Shown here: piece by piece, positions 1 through 24,400 of the stretch | Numbering within the stretch: the stretch's first letter is position 1 | How the letters are laid out: each line of letters opens with the position of its first letter | DNA from: Phallusia mammillata | Lineage: Eukaryota | Length of the DNA: 64,000 nt | Reading direction: 5' to 3' | Assembly: GCA_965637545.1 (NCBI GenBank) | Contig: OZ281499.1 | Span: 8,370,001-8,434,000 of the forward strand | The notes under the pieces: model-generated | Database searches by the model: none | What the model was told of the DNA's origin: nothing | The model's input: the letters and a program-made list of their open reading frames with translations, nothing else | Translations under genes and position numbers: made by a program

Positions 1-160
1 GTAAAATCGATAACAGATGTACAACAAAAAACTCTTTGTACTTCCATTTGGGGCATCGGCGCACTGGACTTTATTGCGAACTTAAGTTCTACTACCATTT
101 TAGGGCATATGTTAGTGGAAAACTGTGTCAGGTGCCCTATACAGAACACTAGAGTTTCTC

Positions 161-327
161 AAATAAGGAACTCAACTTGGCAAAAGCGTTTGGCAAACAC
201 AACGTTGGGACAATGGCTCGAAATAAGGATCTACCTGATGAAACCCGATAGCAAACATAGCGCTATTACTAAATAAGGGCCCTCACCAGCGAAATCAGTT
301 GGCAAACAAAGAATGGGTGCTATAAAA
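161..327 (+). promoter_or_regulatory. Repeated AAATAAGG...GCAAACA module ending in a TATA box, upstream of carboxylesterase 1
   Basis: AAATAAGG at 161, 221, 271, each followed by GCAAACA (193, 251, 302; reverse complement TGTTTGC is a forkhead-type site), then TATAAAA at 321. A homologous module lies at 8714-8808 upstream of the paralogue. Confidence 0.5.
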
Positions 328-971
328 GCTTGAAGCATTCTGTTGCATCTGAGCTTGCTGCATAAGCTACTAGAAATATTTTTAAATTGGTTTGATAAGC
401 TGAGATTCAGGATGTGGAATATTCTAACAAATGCTAAACTATCGCAGGTTTGCGCGTTAGTGTGAAAACGACTTTGAGCTTCAGTTGGGTTTCATTTACT
501 TCGCTGGTGAAAGAAAGCGCAATTGCACTGAAGCTGAACAACCAACAACTCGGAAATAAGATTGGATCATGGCTGTACACGCCGCAGCTACACTGTATTT
601 AAAAAGCGTTATGTAACTGGGCCGCTAAAGACACACGGCAGCAGGTTACTAGATCCACGAAATATTTATAGCACGAGCACAAGAGGATATAAATGAGAAT
701 ATGATTCGTTGCTTTAAACCTATGTATATGTGTTTTGGTCCAATATAAAGTATATAAAATGCGCACAGCAAAATTAGTCCGAAAGTGTTATAGCTTGATC
801 ACTACACTAGCACATGTAGTGAACAGTGAACACTGAGCACACGCAGTCAAGTGTTGCATAAAGAACTTTGACCTTAGCTTTTCCCGACCTACCGTTAGTA
901 ACGAAATACGAAACCAAACGGAAAGCGAGCAGCTGCGCAGCAGTAGTTGATGGTGCATCGACGGTTTAAGG

Positions 972-1752
972 CAGGGTTCTTCAACGGGGGCGATATCGCC
1001 CCCCAGGGGGCAATTTTGTCTACCGAGGGGGCAATGGTGACAATTTTGGAAGTTGGGGGGGCGATTTCAACATTAGTGATTGTATAAATATGTACAAGAA
1101 CTGTGAGACTCAGCTAACTTTAACTTACAAGCAGATATAATTCGTCTTGCAAACAAACACCAGGTACAAGCTTAAGTGACGCATCAGCTTAAACTTCTAT
1201 TTGAATACATTGTGTTTACTGGGGTTGTTTCTACTTTTTGTGATCTCGAAAGCAAGGTTGGGCATTTAATTAGCTACAGGGTACACTTTATTGAGGCTAC
1301 GTATGGTGACGGGCCATACTTTTTAAATACAACGGTAACGAGCTACTTCAAACTTGTTTCGCTTTCACATTTTCTATAGGCCTACAGGCGCTTCCCAAAC
1401 TGCGAAGTATTTGTATCATTTAGGATTCTCCTCTACCAAGTAATGCCCCATTGTTTTTGACAAACGAAGGCTATTGTTTGCGCATAATCGTGATATTGTA
1501 TTATCTATGATTGAACATTTTTTTCTGAGATGCGCTAGAAGAATTGCGTGTACAACACTTGCTACTATAGTAGCAATTAAATTAGGTTTTAACTGTTTAA
1601 CAAAAGCTTTCGTGTTGCTGGGTGAATCTAACCGCCCATATCTGCTCAAAAAAGGCAGAACTTTTATACAAATAACAATCTCATAGGGGGGCGATTTTGA
1701 GCCAAGTGCCTTGGAAAGGAGGCGATTCAGCCAAAAAGGTTGAAAACCCCTG
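972..1752. mobile_element. Non-autonomous hAT (Buster/Charlie-type) DNA transposon, 781 bp
   Basis: TIRs CAGGGTTCTTCAAC / GTTGAAAACCCCTG; 8-bp TSD GTTTAAGG (964-971) / GTTTAAAG (1753-1760); subterminal GGGGGCG repeats. Confidence 0.85.
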
Positions 1753-2172
1753 GTTTAAAGTAAAGTTTTAAGCTAACAAAATGTTATGACTTACAGAGTT
1801 TAAGTTGTGAAGTGTTAACTTGTGGGGTGAAAGCCCATAAGATAGGGTGTTCGTCTATGTTATTATAGATTAATATATTGTGCTTCTGGGCCAAAGTATT
1901 GCGTCCATTGCTGATTTATAATGCCATGACATCAGATCAGACAATATTAGAAAGTATGGCTAGATTAGTTAAGCTTTTTATAAGGTATAGTAGTAAACCA
2001 GCATTCACATAAAGGAAGAAAGTTTTGTTGAGCCAATTTATTCAGATAAGTTAAGAGTTCACCTAAAATATACTATCCAAAGCAAGCGTTGCATATTTAA
2101 ATTTTACAGATCGAAAACTCTTCGCCCGTTGTGGCTCAATTTTAGGAGATTAAAGCAAAGTAAACTAAAAGT

Positions 2173-6970
<4,798 letters not shown>

Positions 6971-8713
6971 ATTTAAACCTTTTATCGTTCCTTTATGCGA
7001 CTAAAGTGTATAGAAACGGGTGTAACTGATGTGGCCTTCATATCACTGATGATGGCATGAGCATTTGCCGAAACGTTTGAACAATAAGGCATGTTGCTTT
7101 TTACGTCTATTTGGGCCGTTATTTTCACCATTGAATTTAAACCGTTGTAGTAGTATGTTTATGCCTTGTAGTGACCTTAAGAAATTATTATTGCGTTATT
7201 CTAGAAATAATTATATCACGTGTCATGTATACAATGCCTCTATTTGCGTACGTCTTTTGGGTTCATTGAACTTTACTTTAAATGACTTTAAACCAAACTA
7301 AGTTTCGAAATCTCTTAGGGTCCGTAAAGAAATTTCGCGGCTTTAAGTATTTCTGCAATCGTATTTGATGTGAGATCGTGCTACTGAATGAATTTAATTC
7401 AAAGTAGAATTTAAGATGGGCGGTATTCATTGTTGAACAATGCTTTTTAAGCAATCATAGTTATCATAAAATAGGCAATTGTTTGCGCACAATCCTGGTG
7501 CCTTTTTTTGTCTTGTCTGTGATGTCACAAACTGCCTTTGGATTGTTGTTGTGTGTAATTTTGCAAAACTAGCTAAAGTTTTATTGGTACAGTATTATGT
7601 ATTATGGATGGCGAGTCCTCAAGATAACGGCAAGGGTCCGAATTTTGCCGTAAATTGTTTTACTAGCAGCACACTCAAGATTACTTAGTAACTTTGCATT
7701 TTATCGCAATAAATTCTCAGAAACATTGTGGTAGGTTTGTTTGAAAAAAGTATTTGGCTACACGAAACTTGACATGCTACAAGCATGGGCTTAAGCTTAA
7801 ACCAAAGCTATTACTCTATTACTATTAGTTCACTTTTTGAGATACTAGTATTGTAAAGTTTGTATCGCACAAGTTGAGACAACGTTTTTAAACCTAAGTG
7901 CAGAATTTTTGGATCAGTAGTTTTTATCGTGATTCAAACTGATCCTATGAGCTACTAAATTGAAAGTTTTAAAGGAAGTATTTGGAAGCAGCAAAGTTCA
8001 ATTTTGTCTAAAATTGTGGAGGGATATGGATTGATTGGTAAAATTGGGAATGCCTCAGTATCAGATCTTTGAAATTGTTCACATTATTCACTGCATGTGT
8101 TGTAGAGTAGACAATGGTGCTTATGCTAAATTTAACAAAAGTTTATAACAAAGGTATAAAACTATCCACTTTAAATTATTATTATTTTTTATTATCGGGC
8201 GTTTTTGAACAGAACAGTAAGTCAATATACACTGGTGTTACTTAAATAAATATACTACAAGATCAATGGGCAAACACCAAGAAATTTTATCTTTTGTTAT
8301 GTTAATAAATTAATATTGGATTTGGCCAAACGTGATTTTTTACAGTTATAATTGTTCAATGTTAGTTCTGCTCTAATTTATGGTTTTGACTGCAAATGTT
8401 ATGGTGTTTCACCATAGAAAAAAACACCAACGCCTCCACGGTAAGTTAGGAGAAACGCTCACCGTTGTAAAATTACAAATGGTATCAGCAACTTTTTTTA
8501 AAAGAAAACACTGCCTATATAAACTAGGGCAATCGCTAATTAGGTTTTATGTACATTAGTCACCAACGGTCATCAGGTTAATTGCCGGATTGCGTACCTA
8601 ACAAGACCTGAAAGCAATGTAGTAAATAAATTATTTACTTTAAAATCTGTCACCGACCGAATTAGGGCAAATATTTTAGTCGTATAGCAAATCCCGAAGC
8701 CTATACGTTCATC

Positions 8714-8808
8714 AAATAGGTCCACGATTTGACAAAAACGATAAGCAAACAAAATATCAGGACTCTAACTAAATAAGGACCTTAACCCGGCCAATCAGTT
8801 GGCAAACA
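8714..8808 (+). promoter_or_regulatory. Conserved AAATAAGG/GCAAACA module upstream of carboxylesterase 2
   Basis: CTAAATAAGGACCTTAACCCGGCCAATCAGTTGGCAAACAA (8769-8809) aligns with CTAAATAAGGGCCCTCACCAGCGAAATCAGTTGGCAAACAA (269-309). A second GCAAACA is at 8745 and CCAAT at 8791. Confidence 0.5.
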
Positions 8809-9338
8809 ACGCTATACGAGAAAAAAGGCTTTTCACTTTTGGTTTTACCTTCGATGATTCAATGTGAACTGTACAGTAGTCAAAACCAGCAGCCTTGTAA
8901 GCCTAATGTAAAATTCATTAGAATAGACTTCTGCACTTGGGTTACGATCAACTTTATTGAACACTATTTGCAGTGTAGGCTCAAGGCAGCTTACTTTGTA
9001 GGCGTAACGTCGAAACAAAGTTAGTTTCAAGGCCTAAGCATTGTAATCTAGACAGGCTTTACCAAACGTATATGGGACTTCATTTTTGGTCTTCTGTATT
9101 GTGTTGTTTAACTTTATTCGTTTGGTAAAGCAGAAAAGTATAAAACTCTATACAACATATATGCGACAGAAAGCGACCAAACGCATCTTACCAGTTACAC
9201 ACTATCATTTCTAGACAACAGCTGTGTTTTTGGCCTTGCTGGTTACTAGTGCTGCATAATAAAAATTTAACAGATCAAAAACTGTTGGCCGTAAGTGACG
9301 CAGGTAGACAAATTTAGGAGATTCAACCAAACAATAGC

Positions 9339-16407
<7,069 letters not shown>

Positions 16408-17424
16408 TCATTTACCAATGTAATACCATATACAACGTATGTCTTACCACTTTTTTAATTTGGTGGAACAATTGCGGGTTTTTTAAATTATAAGTTAACT
16501 TACTACCTTTCTGCCATTGGATTCAAAATCATGAAAAATATTTCTGAGATTCTTGTTTCTTTACACGCTCTTCAATAAGTTTCATACAGTGTATTCAATA
16601 AAATATTGTTACTTATCATGCTCTACAAACAAAAAAAGCAACTTAACACTATAGTTTGCTTTATCAATGTAAATCATATACATTCTATAAACAAGAACTC
16701 ATAAACTGGAATGCTCTTTAAAAAGTCTTCGCAGTCCGGTAAAAGCCATTAAATTTTGCGGTAAAAGCCTTTTCAGTGATTCTCAAACTATGTGCTAAAT
16801 TTCCAATTTCCAATATATGCTACTTTGAAAAGCAAAATAAATGTAACTTATGATGCTTTAGGATTAGATGACGAATGCATGAAAACGTTTCAAAGCTCAT
16901 TTTCCGCATTTGTTATTAACAACATGCTTACCCATGTACCACGATAAAATGTCATTTAACATTCTTTTGGCGACGTTTAGGTTGCTGGTCTGCAGACTTG
17001 AGAAGTCCGTTTCAAATGAGCTGAATACTTAAAAAGTTTGAGATCCACTGCTCTACTAGGCCAGCACACATTTAATTTAGATAAACCTGACCTTGCAGAA
17101 GCAGCAGAGATATGTTCAAACGTAACTCACCAAGAAACAATTGTCCGATGTGTGACATTACAATTTTTACTTTGTATTATAAAGCTTAATACAAAACGAA
17201 TAACATATAGCCTATACCAAAATTTAACTTGGCGTTGTCAACAACAATGTAGGGTAAAATCAAGCATTTGAAAACTTACAAGTTATGTGTAACGATTAGA
17301 ATCGAAATATACAATAAAAACTAAGTAACATTATAACACATGTTCTAGATCAGTGTTTCTCACAAACTTTTTGAAGCGACCGAACTATTATTATGGGTCC
17401 CCTTCCCTGAAGGGGACACATTTT

Positions 17425-18905
17425 GATTTTACTCGATTTCTTTTTTTTTTTTTTCTTTTTTTTTCTTTTCTTTTTTTTTCTTCCCTGAAGTTTGTCCACC
17501 CCATTTTGCCATGAAATCTTTGGTGAATTTAGATGAAACTTTCACAGATGGTAGATATGGTTGTGCAGATGTGCCATCTGCTTCGTTTGTCATGACAACC
17601 CCAGTATTTACCCCGCTAGCCCCCAAAATGTAAAATGTTGTTGGTGCGCACCACAAACGTTAGTTTTCTGCTAGCCATCAAAGTGTAAAATGTTGTTGGT
17701 GCGCACCACAAATGTTAGTTTTCTGAGGTGTTATAAAGGCAACCAGACATTTGTTACCAGTGTTTGTGGGTTTGTTCGAGGATGTTTTGCAGTTGACACT
17801 TAACAGCCTTATGACGTCAGAAGCATTGAGGAATGTTGCTAATAACACCTCTAGTGGTCAAAATGTTAAACATTGTCAGAATTGGATAAAATTTTACATG
17901 ACTGTTGATTGGGTCATTGTGGTTTCATATTTTATACTTTTGGGTTTTAAACCCCATCAGTTACCCCACTAACCCCTAAAATGGGTGAGTGTTTTAAACG
18001 CTGTCGGAATTAGATGAAATTTTGACAGCTTGTATAATTTGTCATTTTTAGGTTTCAATTGTTGTGTTTAACCCTGTAGCCCCAATATTTACCCCTCTAG
18101 CCCCCTAAAAGGGTGAATTTGTTAAACATTGTCCGAATTGGATGAAATTTGGACAGCTTATAGAGTGTGCTACTTATAGTTGTTGTTTGTTATGTTCAAC
18201 TTTGTCGCCCCAACATTTACCCCACTAGCCCCCCAAAATGGGTCAATTTTTTAACAATGTCAGAATTAAATGAAATTTGGACAGCTTGTAGAGTGTGCAT
18301 TTATAGGTGTATAATGTTGTGTTTTACCCTGTTGGCCCAGCATTTACCCCACTATCCCCCCAAAATGGGTCAATTTTTCAAACTATGTCTGAATTAAATG
18401 AAATTTGGAGAGCTTGTACAGTGCAATATTTATAGGTGTTAATTGTTGGGTTCAACCCTGTAGCTCTATCATTTACTCCACTAGCCCCCAACAGTCATGT
18501 GCAATTCGCGCTGATTTGTGTTATAGGAGCTGATTGTTGTGTTTTAGCCTATTTTCTCACTGTTTAACACTTTTTTTCTCAGATAGACCATAAAATAGAA
18601 AAACCTTCAAAAATGTATAAATGGACTGAATTTGAATAGTTTGTTCTCCATATAGCATATTTATTCAGGCACAGTACCAATCACTGTGTTTTACCTTACA
18701 ACACCCGACTTTCTCATGGTTATCTCTTGAAATGTATTATTTACAACTTTGCATGTGTGGGGGACCCATGAGTTTTTGCTTGCAGAAACAGCCAAGGTTA
18801 TAAAAGACAATGGATGATATGGGACCTAATATAAAATTAGTGTAGAAAATATGTGTTATAGTGTATATGCAAGGGCAATATGTGCTAAGCCACCCTTCTA
18901 GTTAA
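17425..18905 (-). mobile_element. Probable non-autonomous Helentron/HINE-like element with internal minisatellite
   Basis: On the minus strand it starts AACTAGAAGGGTGG, contains a 128-bp tandem array with CCAAATTTCAT motifs and ends in a long A-rich tract. It interrupts a hAT-type left end (CAGTGTTTCTCA at 17351). Family assignment and boundaries are inferred. Confidence 0.45.
17955..18490. repeat. About 128-bp tandem repeat (roughly 4.5 units, plus a detached unit near 17520-17625)
   Basis: Anchor TTACCCC(A/T)CTA at 17961, 18089, 18217, 18344, 18473 (spacings 128, 128, 127, 129) and at 17608. Confidence 0.85.
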
Positions 18906-20284
18906 ATTTAATTCTTTAGATTTTCCACAACACATACATGTACCTTATTACTATTTTTTTTTAAATTTGCTATGTCAGTTCGGACCGAAATTATTGGTCC
19001 TTTTGATCAAGGAAAAACTTTTAGATCCCCAACTTATCTGCTGGTTATAGTAAGCTGAAAACAAATTGAAGTTTTCAACATAAAACAACATTGTCAGTTG
19101 TCATGATTTTTTTTACTCCACAGTTAAATACCAGTAGAAATGAAAAAAAGCACACACACTATCAAACAAAGTCAAAACAAAGTCAAACTGTTTTTACAAA
19201 AACAAGCAAACCAAAAGCATTTTCAGGCGAAACAACTTTAGGTCGCTAAACATACTTTGGAAAACACTGTACAATATATTACTGGTTCTTGCAGGGATTA
19301 TATCAACACTACGTTTACACAAAATCAAGAATGTTACTCGATGCTACTGGTGTAGAATCAACAAAAGTCGATACTTACATAGGAATTCGAAAGGTTACAT
19401 ACAAAACTGTCCATCAAATATTTTATAGCAATCTAAGAGCGCCAGTGTTTTAAATTTTTACACACACATTTAAACTGTCATTTAGATGACGTATTATTAA
19501 TCCGTGAGCGAAAAAAGGATAACAAAATAAATGTTAAAAAATCTCAATTCGGCTAGTTTGCTACACATATTAGGATTGTAACAGAATGGTTTTTGTCCCA
19601 ATTTGGACATGAAAACACTGCAGTGCAATATATTGCACAACATCTATGATTCGGAATTTCGTATGGTAATGTAAAATATTAGGAATACAGAACATGTCGA
19701 ATTATCTACATTCTACAGTAGAGAAATACAGGGCTTTAAGTCATTTACTGATAATACAACAGCATCGGGTCCTAAACGAATATAAAAACACGTTTTCTAG
19801 TTAATCTCATAACATCGATGAAATATATACAATAAGTATATTTTGCTATAGGTGATACTGTAAAGTGATTTAAAAGGATAAAGAAATATATTTTTTGACC
19901 ATATTACTATTTGTGACACCAAATTAGAAAGTGATGTAGATATACAATGTACTCATTTTGAAGTGCTTCACATTTCCAATTAACTGATTCTACTAAGTAT
20001 ATGCAAATAATTTTTATGTGCAAGGCTATGCTGCTTGACAAATACAAGTCAAAATGACGTAACAATGGAACAAGAACGTTCGACAGATGAAACAAGCACC
20101 AATTGCGAAACGGTGGACATTGGTGCAACCATAACACAATTGCGAAAATAGCACAAAAAGTCAAACGAAATATTCAATGAATGTTAGTAAGTACTAGCGG
20201 ATGGGGAGTACGTGGTGAAATAAACAACTGTTTGCAGAGTTGAATGCAGTGGTCATCAGTTAATCAATACGTCAAGATCTAAAT

Positions 20285-20510
20285 CAGTGATTCCCCCGAT
20301 TCCCGAGGTATTCCTCCCTATGAAATTTTAAAACTGCAGTGGAGGAATTAACTTTAAATCTTTACGGTTTTTAAAGCGGTTTATAAATAGACACTTTAGT
20401 TTTGAGAATGTGGCTTGTGAATCTGATAAAACAAACAAATATAAAATGATGTTTGTATGGTTTGGCATCTTTTATTTAGTATATTAGGAAAAAATGTTAA
20501 GGAACCACGG
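20285..20510. mobile_element. hAT MITE (226 bp)
   Basis: CAGTGATTCC / GGAACCACGG ends; perfect TSD ATCTAAAT (20277-20284, 20511-20518). Confidence 0.75.
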
Positions 20511-21443
20511 ATCTAAATGCATGCTTTTACATGCAAAGTATTAAAAATGAAAACTACACTAAAAGAGGGAAATGGCGTTAAATGCGTTGAAGGTGTCTGT
20601 ATGTTTTGTTATATTGTTGCGGCTATGGCTAAGGGTACCCTAACGCATACATTTTAAAAAAGGACAAGAACAGTTGACTAGAAAGGAAAAGTCTAACTGG
20701 CAGCCTATCAAAACTAACATTTTTGTTCATATTGACAAAAAGGGACATATTATTGTCTTAAAAGGGTTTTGAGGCATTTTCTGCAGGGAATTGAGGTTTG
20801 GCCACGATTTACTGCACGAAGCAAGGACGGAAACAGCTTTTCTCATGCACCAAACTTTCCACAGGAAGTTTTTACACACCAACAATGCGACACTGTTGTG
20901 CGCATTTTACTGCAATTGTAGTTTTTAAAAACATAATTGCACCAACGCTCGTGTTACTAGTCATCGAAGTCCATAAAAACATACTTTTTGTGCTGTTTAG
21001 CAAAAAATTACAAAAACAGTTGAAAAAGCACAGAACAATAACAAAATCTTTAAGCTATGGGTCTCAGTACAAAGTAAATATTTGGTACGTTCGTTTATCA
21101 AAGCATTGATTGAAAACATGAAAACAACAGTAGCACATTACTTGGTATTCTTTTTTTGTGTTGCTTGGTGAGTACAAACCAATATAAGTACAATGTTAGG
21201 AAACGACAGTCAATAAAGTACATTAGGTCCAGTAACTACATTAGATTTGATATCTCAGTATTTCTTAAACAAAAGGAGTTTTTTTACAAGAAAGACAAAA
21301 AGTGAAACGTTACATATTCAACACTATGAGGAAAAAAGTATGAAGGATTTACACAAAACGAAAACAGGAACAATGTGCAAACAGAAATTAAGTACAACTC
21401 CATACTTTAACGACTAATAAATCCATAATGATTGTAACACTTT

Positions 21444-24400
21444 TTAATCTTCACGAATGGCTTTAAGGGCATCACGTAAGTGCTTCATCGTTTCCTTGTA
21501 GCGTTGTGAAGTCTCATAACTTGTTTCCTTGTTTAAGTTAATGTCCAACGTTACTGCGGAATCTGTATTAAAAAAGGGATGGTTTATCGAACACCCAAGG
21601 TTTAAATAAGAATGGTACTGGTAGTGCATCGTTTTTTAAAACACCAACTTCAAAATACCCGGAAATGCTAATCAAGCGACCGTGTTACCAGGCATATGAA
21701 AAGAAAAATTTAGATACACAATCAGAAAAACGACAGACCACCAAAAGTTAGCAACAATTCATACGTGTACATTACAGGTTTTTTCAAGCCTAAAGCCAAT
21801 TAGTGCTAAAAAGGCAAAATTTGGCCAGAAAATTGGTGAAGTTGCTGGACAAAAGATGCCACGTGTGAAATCAGGACTGTTTCAGTCCAACGTAAACCAT
21901 TGTCATTCTGCCAGAATAAAAAACAAAAATAACCCAACAAGGCCCGAAAAAGAGGTCAAAGATCAGAGATTTTCATTTTACATACATCCGCAAGGTGGCA
22001 GCAGATGACAAATCAAGGCGCACAATACTTACACGGGGTGCATTCGGGCACGTCCACTTCATAATATACCGAGTTTTCGTAACCCTGAGCTTCGACCATA
22101 ACGTGATACGTTCCAGGGGCTAAAAGTCGCCAGTAATCTCCGTGTTCTGCTGTCCACACGGCATGATGAACGTCCTTCAGCATTACAACAGCCCTTGGGA
22201 TGCCTTCACCAGTTGCAGAGTCCCTGACAAAACCTTTAACTCCACAAGTTGCCTGTTATAAAGTAAGATTGTTAAATAAGGCACCACGCGTTAAAACTTT
22301 TTTGGTAATGTGTGGTTGTGTAAAGAAATGTTAGTAGTGTAGGTAGTAATGTATGGTGATGTGACGTATAGTATGTAGGTAATATAAAGTATCGTGTGTC
22401 AGTAATGTATGGTAATGTAAAGTATGGTATGAAAGTAGTGTAGCTAAGTAATGTATGGTATGTAGGTAATACAGTAATGTAAGTATGGTATATATGAAGT
22501 AATGTATGTAGGCAATGTAAAGCATAGTATGTAGGTTATGTACAGTAATGTAAGTATGGTATATATGAATGAATATAGGTAATGGAAAGTATGGTATGTA
22601 GGCAATTTTGTGGTAATGTAAAATATAGTATGTAGGCAATGTACAGTAAAGTAAAGTATGGTATAAATGTAGGTAATGTAAAGTATGGTATGTGGTAATG
22701 CAAAGCAATGAACTAGACACAGAACAGTTTTCCAAAGTAAATACATTATATATTGCAGAGGTTTTCATTTGTATCAGTTGCCATTATCATTGCAAGAAAA
22801 TTCATTCAGAACATGAAAGCTCTTTAAAAGGTATTACAAAATCATTGGTCACGTGATGAAGGTCGGAATAAAAAACAAAACTGATCCCTTCGCTTTGACG
22901 AAATTATTAATGATTAATGACGCATCTATGCCGTTGACGCGGCACTTCAATTTTGACAATTATCCGTTAAAATCGAACCCCGGGCACTCGAGCTGTATTT
23001 AATCGGTCGGATCAATGAAAAACAGACAAGGGAAATATACGGCAGTACGCACAGGTCAAAACCAATCGAAATAGCACAATATTACGCACGACCCTGAATT
23101 ATTCATTCTCCCTATGGCGTGGATTGTATGACCGGATGTTATATTACATTTTGCTGCCAATAAATGCTGAATTTTAAATACTAAAGCTGTTATATGCCGT
23201 AAATTAACGTAACTGGCATAGACCTTTGATGCGGAAATTACGCCCAATGGCAATTTTTACGTTTCTGATCGCACCATGAATTTGAAAATATTAAGCGTTA
23301 TGTCCTTTCTATTAACCTTACTGTGATTTCTATTAACCTTACAACGCTTTTGCATTTTGGTTTTAACATGTATGGCGCTGCCATTTATAAAAAAAGTGTC
23401 AAATTATTTGGCTGATGAGCTAGCCCGGTTAAGCGAGCCTTATCGACATTTTAACAACTAAAGGACACAGTCATGCTGGAGAACATTTTAAATACAAGAA
23501 AAATACATCAGGTCGTATGTAAATGGCATTGGGAACAACAAAGGCTCGATGGTTACAGGGACGGTTTAACATATCACCGTTTAGGTTCAACACATGTCAG
23601 GTTTTCGATTTCATGGCGGTATGTGGTTAAAACACAATGGGCAGTGTACATGGGAAAGATCGATCGTTTGTCCGGTCTATAAAGGTTGCATCCGTATGGT
23701 GATGAGAAAGGCGGTTTAAAATGCCACAAGCCTTAGAATTGACTGTTTTATTTTGGTTGTTGACACAATCAAAACCACAGGCATATGTAATTTGACGTGG
23801 CAACCAACAGACAAAAAACAACGCTTTGCTTTTGTGGGAAACGGTTTTGACCAAAGCAAAGCATCACTGAAAATAACTTTCAAATGATAGCAGTTGAGTG
23901 ATTTCCTTTATTTTACGAACTCAAAGAAAACCTCTCTTTAAGGTTCCATAAGACACAGGTAATTATAAGCAACCCTTTTTGAGTGTTTTATCATTTGAAG
24001 CAGTGGCTTGCATACACCGCACCACATAGATAAATTATTTGTGTCTGTAGCACATTAGGAAATAGGTTTCATTTTTATAATGCCACTAGAATTACCTACT
24101 TGAAGCTTGTTGCCTTGATACCGGAATCTATCCTTAATCTCCTACTTATTTGGGCACCTTATATATATGGTTAATTTCGAGACATAGCTTTGTTGTATTT
24201 TTTGTAGCAATAATCGTTGCTCGAAACGTTTTCGTTTTTACAATCGTGCCAGAAGAAGAAAACAAATCGTTTTGTAGCACTGATGGTGAAAATCAAGACG
24301 TGCAATGTTTCTTTTTGCGATAGTGATCCTCAGTACCATATACGTATGCGAACATTCTATCTATAAACCCGTCAAGAAAAGAGTTATAGCATATTTACCT

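Noticed and set aside
1195-1207. TTCTATTTGAATA matches 13 nt of the Ciona spliced leader as I recall it (ATTCTATTTGAATAAG)
   Set aside because: It is not followed by AG|GT or an Sm-binding site and lies inside a MITE; best treated as a chance AT-rich match.
1416-1649. ORF inside the 972-1752 element as a transposase remnant; short similarity (LCANN) to about 7470-7500
   Set aside because: No recognisable DDE, CxxH or RW motif, and the shared stretch is only about 20 nt.
17955-18490. CRISPR-like array
   Set aside because: Whole units are similar along their length with no unique spacers, and the context is eukaryotic; it is a minisatellite.
22331-22768. 145-aa and 100-aa His/Tyr/Thr-rich ORFs
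   Set aside because: Translation of a low-complexity intronic repeat that lacks stops on the minus strand for compositional reasons.
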